A stretch of 61,749 nt of DNA from an uncultured Candidatus Poseidoniales archaeon (lineage in GTDB: Archaea > Thermoplasmatota > Poseidoniia > Poseidoniales > Thalassarchaeaceae): the NCBI GenBank assembly GCA_964570065.1, contig CAZMVZ010000005.1, forward strand, positions 1 through 61,749. The letters run 5' to 3'. Below the pieces are notes generated by a model. It did no database searches. It saw nothing but the letters and a program-made list of their open reading frames with translations, and was not told where the DNA came from. Shown in pieces: positions 45,904 to 53,534 of the stretch. Every line of letters starts with the position of its first letter. The first letter of the stretch is position 1. A program made the translations under genes and the position numbers.

Positions 45904-46911
45904 TTAGTTGGTCCTTGACTCCGAGATCAAAGCGATCTGCATTAGCATTCCCTTCTCCTCAGAGTCGGGTAGCATTTCGATATGGTCCAATGCCCTCTCC
46001 ACATGGTTAGAAACAAGTAATTTAGCATAATTGAATGAACCCGCCTGCTCTAGGAGTTCGACCAACTCTTGCAGCCTGTCATCTCCGAAGTTGGTCAGCA
46101 CGTCTCTTAGTTGATCCCTATCCGTCCCATGTAGCATTGTTAGTGCGTATATGATGGGCAAGGTCATTTTCCCCTCGTGGACGTCCGTTCCGCGTGGCTT
46201 TCCGATGAGATCGTCCCCTACCAAGTCCAGGATGTCATCCACAAGTTGGAAGGCTCTCCCAAGCTCCATTCCGTAACTCCACAATGCATCGGAAACTTCC
46301 TCACTCGAACCCGCAATCATTGCGGCGCACGAGCATCCCGCGGCGAATGGGCCAGCAGTCTTCCCATCGATAATTGCGTAGTAGTCTTCTGGTCTGGTGT
46401 TGAGGTCTTGTATGTGCTCAAACTGCCGAATCTCAGCAGATGCAATTCCTGCGCACGAGTCTCTCACCTTTCCAACGATTCTTTCGTTATACCTGGCTCC
46501 GAGTTCGAATCCCAATGCGAAAAGGTAATCCCCAGATATGATTGCATGCGCGGTTCCATGGGTCGTTTGTATTGTCGGCTTCCCTCTCCTCATCTTTGAC
46601 TGATCGTAAACATCGTCATGAATCAGGGTCGCTGTGTGGATTATCTCGGAGCATAGAGCTATGTCTAGTGCCTCTCTTACATCCTCCCCCCCTGCTGCTT
46701 TGTAAGACAGAATAGTCAAAGTGGGACGATACCTCTTCCCACCCCTTAGGAGCATATCGCTAGCAATCGACATCACTGGTCTATCGTATTGCATACTCAT
46801 CTTATTGAGGACCAACTCTTCTATTGCTTCATCGATGTAGTTCTTGATAGAATCTATGGAAAACAACTCAATTCCATCCGCTTCCATGATGTCTTCTGTC
46901 AAGGGTCGCAT
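45904..46911 (-). CDS. idsA: polyprenyl (geranylgeranyl) diphosphate synthase
   Basis: First DDxxD LIHDDVYDQSKMRRGKPT, second FQLVDDILD, and GKRYRP. Confidence 0.92.
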   Translation of the reverse strand: MRPLTEDIMEADGIELFSIDSIKNYIDEAIEELVLNKMSMQYDRPVMSIASDMLLRGGKRYRPTLTILSYKAAGGEDVREALDIALCSEIIHTATLIHDDVYDQSKMRRGKPTIQTTHGTAHAIISGDYLFALGFELGARYNERIVGKVRDSCAGIASAEIRQFEHIQDLNTRPEDYYAIIDGKTAGPFAAGCSCAAMIAGSSEEVSDALWSYGMELGRAFQLVDDILDLVGDDLIGKPRGTDVHEGKMTLPIIYALTMLHGTDRDQLRDVLTNFGDDRLQELVELLEQAGSFNYAKLLVSNHVERALDHIEMLPDSEEKGMLMQIALISESRTN

Positions 46912-46977
46912 ATATCAACGGGTGCGCACGCGGCTCAGAATGGGTACATGGAGTGCCCCCCCCTTGAGGTGGATGCG

Positions 46978-48042
46978 ATGGAAAACCGAATTGTTGTTGG
47001 AACTCTGGATTCGCATTCTTGCCGAGTCACTTCGCAGATATCTGCTCACTTCGAATCCACCGATTTGGAGGATGTCGAGCATTCCATCACTTCCGTCGAG
47101 GGGTTCGACTCTGGAATAAAATCGCTTTCAGAGGGGGACCTTGACCTATTGGCAATCCCAGCGACAGAGATTTTCGGCAGAGAGGGATTGATCTCTGATA
47201 GTGACTGTCAGGTAATAGGGGCCAGAACTCCCAGACGCGCAAGCCAGGTCCTAGTATCCCCAGACCGTCTTTCATACCAGCCCAAGTCGGCAATAATAGT
47301 CTCAGATTCAGTTCTGATCCGCAGGCAACTTCTCAGGGCGAGGTCGGACCTGCAAGCAGTCTCATCCGAGGAACTGGGGGCCTTGATTCCCGGATTCGCA
47401 CCGCCCGAGGACCCCATAGATCTACCTAGGGCGCTGGCCGAACTGCTGGATAAAGGCGAAATCGACGGATTCGTGATCTCAAGGTCAGAGTACGATGAGA
47501 CGAACCAGACTGAGAGGAGGCACACTCTGATGTCCCAGCCTAATGAGCGAGGCGCCCCCCACTTCGTCCCACCTCCGTATTCCGACCTGATTGCAGTAGT
47601 TTCTCGAATAGGTTTCCCAAATCGATTAGCAGCAAAACTCACCGAACCTGAGGGCAATACCGTTCTTTGGGTCCAGAGCAGGATAATGGGTGATTTGGAA
47701 ACCTCGATGCATGACGTCATGGGATTGGAAGTTAGGCACAGGAATGTAGGCGCCATCCTCAGACAGGCAGAGGCGAATCGCGACTTGGTGTTGGAGCAAT
47801 CCTGCCACGACCCCGATGGGGAGATTTACCACGATGAGGTCAGGGTTGAGATTCGGATGGAAACACTGTCCAAAGACGGGAGGAGGACTCTATCGTTGGA
47901 GAGGCTAGTGGCAATGAGCGAGTATCAGCGAGCCGTCATTGCTCTTCTGCTGGACTGGGGGAATCTCGTAAACGAATCCACAAGGGATGTCCCTCGTGAT
48001 CACCCCACCGACGAGGATGCCCCGCCATTTATCCCAGAATAG
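46978..48042 (+). CDS. hypothetical protein with porphobilinogen deaminase (HemC)-like architecture lacking key catalytic residues
   Basis: Collinear resemblance to HemC blocks: RIVVGTLDS (vs RIGTRxS), DLLAIPATEI (vs DIAVHSxKDxP), IIVSDSVLIRRQLLRARSDLQ (vs VGTSSLRRQxQL...PDL), GEIDGFVISRSEY (vs GEYDAIILA), PPPYSDLIAVVSR (vs LPAVGQGALAIECR). No counterpart of the cofactor Cys. ATG at 46978 chosen; the track start at 46789 overlaps idsA. Confidence 0.45.
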   Translation: MENRIVVGTLDSHSCRVTSQISAHFESTDLEDVEHSITSVEGFDSGIKSLSEGDLDLLAIPATEIFGREGLISDSDCQVIGARTPRRASQVLVSPDRLSYQPKSAIIVSDSVLIRRQLLRARSDLQAVSSEELGALIPGFAPPEDPIDLPRALAELLDKGEIDGFVISRSEYDETNQTERRHTLMSQPNERGAPHFVPPPYSDLIAVVSRIGFPNRLAAKLTEPEGNTVLWVQSRIMGDLETSMHDVMGLEVRHRNVGAILRQAEANRDLVLEQSCHDPDGEIYHDEVRVEIRMETLSKDGRRTLSLERLVAMSEYQRAVIALLLDWGNLVNESTRDVPRDHPTDEDAPPFIPE

Positions 48043-48138
48043 CAACCGTAACGATTGCACGCCCCCCAAATCACCATTTATCCTCTAAGATTGGGGCAAC
48101 CGATAACTAAGGAACCCTCCCGAGGAGTTAGTGTTATC

Positions 48139-49083
48139 ATGAGGGTGGACTCTAATTTACTGAACTCTCTCTATACGGAGCGTCTTCAGAATCTGAGGCA
48201 GAGGGCGGAGAGTTCGGGGATTTCGAAGTCCGGTTCAGTGGAGGTTCTCCGAGCCCGTTTGATTAGAAGCCAGGTCCTCGCTGAACTAGATCTGTCTTGG
48301 GAAGGAATACAGTCTATGTCCCACAAGGAAATGAGGGATGTTCTGAAGGTCTTCGGAATCAAGTCTTCTGGATCGCACAAGGAGAGGAGACAGCGGCTTT
48401 GGTTGCACCTGAGTTACGACTCACGAAGGATGACAATCGAGAATCTGGCCGAGATGAATAGGGACGACTTGCATGAGATGTGCAAGAAGCTGGAGCTGGA
48501 TCTTACTGGGAATCGAACCGTTCTGATGGGGAGGGTTGCAGGGGTGCTGACAAGTCAGATGAACGGGTGGGGGAGGATCAAGCGGAGCCTGAGAAGGAAT
48601 GGACTCCAGACCTCTCCTTTCCAGGAATCAGAGCCAGAAGTCAAGGTGGAAGGGGGAACAACTCCGGAGATTGCCACAGATGAATTCCATGCAGTTCCCG
48701 CCGAAGCCCTGCTGGAGGATGCCAGCGACTCATTATTGATGGGCCTGGACAATCAACCCAGTCAAGTACAGGGGGATATTCTGACAATTCATGCCAGAGT
48801 GGGCGATCTGGAGAGAATGGTGGGGACCATCCTAAGGGGTCATGGGGGCTCATGGGGGGATTCTGAGAGGGACCTCCTACTGCGGCTAGCCGACAGGAGG
48901 GGGTGGCCAATTAACGAGCAATTCGTTAGGCACCGGGTCCTTATGGTCGCGACCAACATCGCTGAAGTTAAGGGTGCAGAAATGGCCTCAGGCGGGGAAA
49001 ACAATCCATTGGTGGAGGACACGGGTGCAGCAATCGATAGAATCAGGTCTAAGCTATCTTCGCTAGGTTCAAACGGGGAATAG
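48139..49083 (+). CDS. hypothetical protein with three N-terminal SAP/HeH-like helix-extension-helix motifs
   Basis: LQNLRQRAESSGISKSGSVEVLRARLI, MSHKEMRDVLKVFGIKSSGSHKERRQRLWLHL and LHEMCKKLELDLTGNRTVLMGRV fit the SAP pattern (hydrophobic-x-L-R/K...G-L/I-x-x-x-G-x-K/R-x-x-L-I-x-R-L). ATG at 48139. Confidence 0.55.
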   Translation: MRVDSNLLNSLYTERLQNLRQRAESSGISKSGSVEVLRARLIRSQVLAELDLSWEGIQSMSHKEMRDVLKVFGIKSSGSHKERRQRLWLHLSYDSRRMTIENLAEMNRDDLHEMCKKLELDLTGNRTVLMGRVAGVLTSQMNGWGRIKRSLRRNGLQTSPFQESEPEVKVEGGTTPEIATDEFHAVPAEALLEDASDSLLMGLDNQPSQVQGDILTIHARVGDLERMVGTILRGHGGSWGDSERDLLLRLADRRGWPINEQFVRHRVLMVATNIAEVKGAEMASGGENNPLVEDTGAAIDRIRSKLSSLGSNGE

Positions 49084-49090
49084 GGAAGGA

Positions 49091-50032
49091 TCACGAAGAA
49101 CTGGAGAAGAAACCGAATCTAGGTTCTGAGATTTCCATTGTAACGTCCCTGAGGTGCTCTATGGCATCCTCTGCCGCCTCTCCAGAGGAGCCAGCAGAGA
49201 TGCAAGCCGCTACAAGGTCATCGTATCCGACTAGTTCCCCCCCATTGGAACTCATTATTCCCAATATGACGTCTCTTGGATCAGCACTCTCGTTTGGCTG
49301 AACAGTAGTCTCAATAGCAGGTTCGAAATCATTTTTAGAGACAATTTCCTCCGTTTCTTCTGCTCTTCCGAGGGCCCTAGAGAAAGCCTTGAGAACCCAA
49401 ACCCTGTAAGACTCTGTATCAAATTCAGAGTAATGTTCTCGAGACTTAACCAACCCCGAAACGAGATCATTCGGAATCCCAGCGTCCCTCAAACCTTCTT
49501 CGGTTAATTCCGCCCCTTGTGATGAATCATATGCGCTCAGCCTCCTGAGAGTAGCATCAGCAGCCTCCACCATCCATGATTTGTATGTCTCGAGATCTAT
49601 CTCGGTGAAACTCTCAGCCCTAATTGAGGTGAAAATGCCACCATCCTCCGACTCCCTAGTTTGTTGCCTTCCTATCATAGAAACAAGAATTGAGTCTCCA
49701 GTTTCAAATCTTGCTAGAAGCTCCTCTGCATCGGGATGAAGCTCTGGTTGGAATGGTGCTACATTGAAGTAATGAGTTCCCGAAGGATCTCTGAGTTGCC
49801 CGGCATAGTAAGGCCCCGAATCACCATCTCTCCTCTCCATTCTTTCTAGTCCCCCGCAGACCAGACAACGATTCACCCTCGCACCTAGTTTGGTGATGAC
49901 AAAACTGGGTGCAAACTCACCAACACCCCTCTCTACTAAGGAGGACTCTGAGTACTCCTGCGCAAAAAACCGAATCGCACTCTGCCTGCCTACTCTGACT
50001 CCAGAAGTTGACATCATATTTCCACCTCCCAT
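49091..50032 (-). CDS. RPA-associated OB-fold protein (RPAP-like), downstream partner of RPA
   Basis: IRFFAQEYSESSL...FAPSFVITKLGARVNRCLVCGGLERME resembles the OB-fold proteins co-transcribed with rpa in other euryarchaea. Overlaps the rpa stop by 19 nt. Confidence 0.65.
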   Translation of the reverse strand: MGGGNMMSTSGVRVGRQSAIRFFAQEYSESSLVERGVGEFAPSFVITKLGARVNRCLVCGGLERMERRDGDSGPYYAGQLRDPSGTHYFNVAPFQPELHPDAEELLARFETGDSILVSMIGRQQTRESEDGGIFTSIRAESFTEIDLETYKSWMVEAADATLRRLSAYDSSQGAELTEEGLRDAGIPNDLVSGLVKSREHYSEFDTESYRVWVLKAFSRALGRAEETEEIVSKNDFEPAIETTVQPNESADPRDVILGIMSSNGGELVGYDDLVAACISAGSSGEAAEDAIEHLRDVTMEISEPRFGFFSSSS

Positions 50033-51714
50033 CTTTTCATGACTTCTTCGGCTTCTTCTTTCGGCTCCGGAACTAGAATTTCCACACTTTCTGCCATCAA
50101 CATTGCACCCTGTCCGTCAACTAAGCACCTCCCGTGAACCTCCATCTTTCTAGCGAGAATGCGATTTTTCAGGTTTGAAACAAAAACCTCCCTTCCAATA
50201 TTGGATATCTCACTCTTGACGTCATCCATCCCCATGCCCAGGAAAGTCTCGGAAGTTTCTCTACCGAGGATCAGACTAGCATTAGAAACCCCGTCATCTA
50301 GTACAAAGCGGAGCCTAAGATCTTCCTCTCCAATCTTAGACCCGTGTTCCGAGCAAGAACCGTCTCTTAGCACCCTTCTACATTCGGGACATCTCTCTAT
50401 CACCCCCGAATCCGGTCTTATCATCACGATACTTCCTGAAGTTGAAATTCCTCTCCTGGATCCTCCTTTTGTGAGGCTGGTCAGGTCAACCTCAACCCAG
50501 TGATTCTGGGGGTCTATTGGATCCCATTGTGATTCGGAGAGAACCTTCACCTGATTCACGTCATCTATGACTAGGTCAGGAGATCCCTGCCAGAACTGAA
50601 CCCTTCCCCCTTCGATCATTATGGTTTCTCCGGGTTTGGGATCGAATTCGCACCATGCAGTGAGTCTACATCTTCCACTAGGGTCCATCACGTCCCCGCT
50701 CCTAACCGTCTTGGATTCACCATTCCGGCTTTCGAATGATCTTTGTTCCCAACTCTCAACCTGCAATGTGATAGACACGTCCCTCATTCCATTTCTCAGG
50801 TCAGCGATGCTCACCTTCTCCGACTTCGCTAACTCGCTAACCTCCGGGAATGATGTATCGTGATATGCCTCGATTACAGTCCCATCATTGATTTGAATCT
50901 CCGGCGTCTCTAGGAACTTCCTTACGGACGCACCAACGATCTTCACGAGCGAGCCTTCTTCATGCTCGAAATCCTTCCATGAGAGGAAGCCTATACTGCC
51001 CGATGAATCGGATATCCTACCACGAACTATGGGTATCTCCCCACTTCCGTCCTTTCTAACAATTACATCGGACTTTGCTGACATGACTCTCCCAACCACG
51101 TTTACGAACCCCTCAACCTCAGAGGCTCTCGCGATACTCAGAGGCTCGTTGCTTGTTGGTGGTGCCGAACCACTCCCCTCCTTCACAACCGTCACCCTAG
51201 TCGTTCGGTTGATGTTCAGGGATCGCTTCCCGTTCCATTCGTTTACAGAGGCGCCCTCTAGCCTTACAACTGAACCAGGAATCATGGACTCGCCTTTGTT
51301 CCCCCAGTCTTTGTAATCCCATCGAACCCTCTCGGAGCTAGCCTCATGGGGGTTGTCTTCTACCCATCCAAATGCAATCTGCTTCTCCTCGCCCCTAACC
51401 ATCTGGGTTCTTGGCGTATAGGAAACAATCGCCACTTCGATTGCAACATTCCTGTCGTCGGCATCCAACTCTGAGAACCTGTCGACCTTCTTCTCTTCAC
51501 GGACTTGTGGGGATTTATTTGCCGAAACCTCAACACCAGTGGAAACCTGGAACTTCCTAATTACGGACCTCAACGCATCCTCGGGAGGGATAAGGAAGTC
51601 GTCCTCATACCTAGCAAACTCCTTCCCAATCTCCTCTTCATCGGCATTGGGGCACTCTTGCTTCACTATTGCTATCTGGTTTGCATACTTCGTCTGGTCA
51701 CTCATGTCTATCAC
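50014..51714 (-). CDS. rpa: replication protein A (ssDNA-binding; multiple OB folds plus zinc finger)
   Basis: 566 aa with repeated OB-fold-like blocks (VSITLQVES...TVRSGDVMDPSGRCRLTAW; VNVVGRVMS...RGRISDSSGSIGFLSW) and CPECRRVLRDGSCSEHG. GTG start. Confidence 0.85.
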   Translation of the reverse strand: MIDMSDQTKYANQIAIVKQECPNADEEEIGKEFARYEDDFLIPPEDALRSVIRKFQVSTGVEVSANKSPQVREEKKVDRFSELDADDRNVAIEVAIVSYTPRTQMVRGEEKQIAFGWVEDNPHEASSERVRWDYKDWGNKGESMIPGSVVRLEGASVNEWNGKRSLNINRTTRVTVVKEGSGSAPPTSNEPLSIARASEVEGFVNVVGRVMSAKSDVIVRKDGSGEIPIVRGRISDSSGSIGFLSWKDFEHEEGSLVKIVGASVRKFLETPEIQINDGTVIEAYHDTSFPEVSELAKSEKVSIADLRNGMRDVSITLQVESWEQRSFESRNGESKTVRSGDVMDPSGRCRLTAWCEFDPKPGETIMIEGGRVQFWQGSPDLVIDDVNQVKVLSESQWDPIDPQNHWVEVDLTSLTKGGSRRGISTSGSIVMIRPDSGVIERCPECRRVLRDGSCSEHGSKIGEEDLRLRFVLDDGVSNASLILGRETSETFLGMGMDDVKSEISNIGREVFVSNLKNRILARKMEVHGRCLVDGQGAMLMAESVEILVPEPKEEAEEVMKRWEVEI

Positions 51715-51939
51715 CCGTATCAGAGATTGGGCGACGAGACTATTTCAACCAACGATTCATTTGGCCATAGATGCACCAGACACGACGTTACTTGGGAAAC
51801 GATTGTCAGTGCGTGTTGGGGAAGACTCGGCACCTCATTACCTCCGGAGATGCCTGTTCGAATCGGCGGTCTTTGAACGTGCCCATTGAATTCCAAGTGT
51901 ACCGACGGCGTTTTCTCTGGTTGCCTCTACGGACTGTCA

Positions 51940-52491
51940 ATGGGTGCTTCCGAACTGTGCCATTTCGGAGTTCTGACCGCCTCTGACAGAGCTAGTTCGG
52001 GGGAGTACGAGGACCTAAGTGGACCGGCCATCGAGTCATTCCTCCAAGATGCTGTGACATCACAGTGGAAAGTCATTAGGAGACTTGTAGCAGATGAAAA
52101 GGAGGACATAGAGAAGGCCATCGTCGATCTAATCGACAACGAGGGATGTTCCGTCGTCGTTACCACTGGGGGGACTGGCCCATCTCCAAGGGATGTAACG
52201 CCCGAGGCGACCGAGGCAGTCTGCGATAGGATGCTTCCCGGCTTCGGAGAGCAGATGCGCGCCATTTCGATGAATTACGTTCCCACTGCGATGCTCTCAA
52301 GGCAGACAGCTGGAGTCAGAGGCTCCTCGTTGGTGATCAACCTCCCCGGCTCTCCAAGATCAATAAGGGAGATTCTTGACTCGGTCTTTGCTGCCGTCCC
52401 TTACTGCGTCGATCTGATCGGGGGGCCCTACATAACAACAGATTCTGAGGTGGTGGACTCATTCAGACCTCCACACGCGCGACGCGAATGA
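51940..52491 (+). CDS. mogA: molybdopterin adenylyltransferase MogA/MoaB
   Basis: FGVLTASDRASSGEYEDLSGPAIESFL and VVTTGGTGPSPRDVTPEAT, LPGSPRS. ATG at 51940 (track TTG at 51886). Confidence 0.88.
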   Translation: MGASELCHFGVLTASDRASSGEYEDLSGPAIESFLQDAVTSQWKVIRRLVADEKEDIEKAIVDLIDNEGCSVVVTTGGTGPSPRDVTPEATEAVCDRMLPGFGEQMRAISMNYVPTAMLSRQTAGVRGSSLVINLPGSPRSIREILDSVFAAVPYCVDLIGGPYITTDSEVVDSFRPPHARRE

Positions 52492-53348
52492 TTCATCCGA
52501 GGAACTGGTTTCGGAAGGCTATGGCGAAGATGAAGACGGGCGTCGGCAGTACCGACAGAGCAAATGATGAGATCCGAGAAATCGAGGTCAAGATAGACTT
52601 CACCCCCAATGCCCTAGCATCTATCCTGTACAACCAGGGAAACACGCAGGTGCTAGTTTGCGTAACCAAGGCGCCCTCACTCCCAAGATGGTTCCCAAGG
52701 GATTCCGACAGGGGCTGGGTTCATGCCGAGTACTCTCTACTGCCAGGTTCAACAGACACTAGATTCCGCAGGGAAAGAAGCGGGGCCAAGGGTAGGACGA
52801 TGGAGATTGAGAGGCTAGTGGCAAGATCTCTGAGAGGGGCTGTCGACCTAGAGCAACTAGGCCCAGTGGCCCTCACCGTCGACTGTGACATCCTGAATGC
52901 TGACGGAGGGACGAGGTGCGCCTCGATCACGGCAGCAAACATCGCTCTCAGGCTCGCAGTGAGGCGCCTAATCGCCTCGGGCGAGTGCCTCCCTAAGGGG
53001 AAGAGACTGACCAGGGAGGAGATTAGGAAGGGCGTGGAGAAGGAAAAACTAAGCCAGAAAGAGAAGGATTCGCACGAGATGTCCGTGATGCCGAACGACG
53101 TGGCTGCCATCAGCGTGGGCATGGTTGAAGGGCAGGTTTGGACAGACCTGGATTACATCCTCGATAGCAATGCGGATGTGGACATGAACGTCGTGATGAC
53201 AAGCGCAGGTGAATTCGTAGAAGTCCAAGGTACCGGTGAGGAGGCGACCTACTCTCGGGGGGATCTGGATTCTCTAATCGATGCGGCAGAGATAGGTATT
53301 TCGAAATTGCACCAACTCCAGACTGACATCCTCTCAGATGCAAGTTGA
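52488..53348 (+). CDS. rph: ribonuclease PH, bacterial type
   Basis: GNTQVLVCV, GWVHAEYSLLPGSTDTRFRRE, GRTMEIERLVARSLRGAVDLEQLG, LTVDCDILNADGGTRCASITAANIAL and DMNVVMTSAGEFVEVQGTGEE closely parallel E. coli Rph. Carries a ~30-aa Lys/Glu-rich insertion. Start overlaps the mogA stop (ATGA). Confidence 0.88.
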   Translation: MIHPRNWFRKAMAKMKTGVGSTDRANDEIREIEVKIDFTPNALASILYNQGNTQVLVCVTKAPSLPRWFPRDSDRGWVHAEYSLLPGSTDTRFRRERSGAKGRTMEIERLVARSLRGAVDLEQLGPVALTVDCDILNADGGTRCASITAANIALRLAVRRLIASGECLPKGKRLTREEIRKGVEKEKLSQKEKDSHEMSVMPNDVAAISVGMVEGQVWTDLDYILDSNADVDMNVVMTSAGEFVEVQGTGEEATYSRGDLDSLIDAAEIGISKLHQLQTDILSDAS

Positions 53349-53424
53349 TGGTGGGACTGGCCGGACTTGAACCAGCGGCCTCCGCATCTTCAGTGCGGCG
53401 CTCTCCCAGCTGAGCTACAGTCCC
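53349..53424 (-). tRNA. tRNA-Phe (anticodon GAA), CCA encoded
   Basis: Hand-folded: acceptor GGGACUG/CAGUCCC, D arm GCUC-AGCUGGGA-GAGC, anticodon arm CCGCA-CUGAAGA-UGCGG, variable loop AGGCC, T arm GCUGG-UUCAAGU-CCGGC, A, CCA. Abuts the rph stop. Confidence 0.93.
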
Positions 53425-53534
53425 GTAGCATCCCCGCCACCACCGTCCCGACTTCAAGCCTTCCTAGTACAGGGGATGGGAAACAAACTCCGTTCCGGCA
53501 CTAAGTAGAAAGCCCACTCCACATAAGAGAGGCC

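Noticed and set aside
46789-46977. Track start (46789) of the HemC-like ORF
   Set aside because: The first ~40 codons overlap the idsA N-terminal coding region on the other strand. The HemC-like similarity begins right after the ATG at 46978.
50017-50090. Two more TTTCCAC heptamers (about 50018 and 50080) as possible ORB boxes
   Set aside because: They lie inside coding sequence, both arise from V-E-I codons on the minus strand, and the heptamer is expected ~7 times by chance in this window.
53110-53457. 115-aa minus-strand ORF overlapping the rph 3' end and tRNA-Phe
   Set aside because: It overlaps a confidently folded tRNA and a conserved rph. Arg/Pro/Gly/Ser-rich composition.
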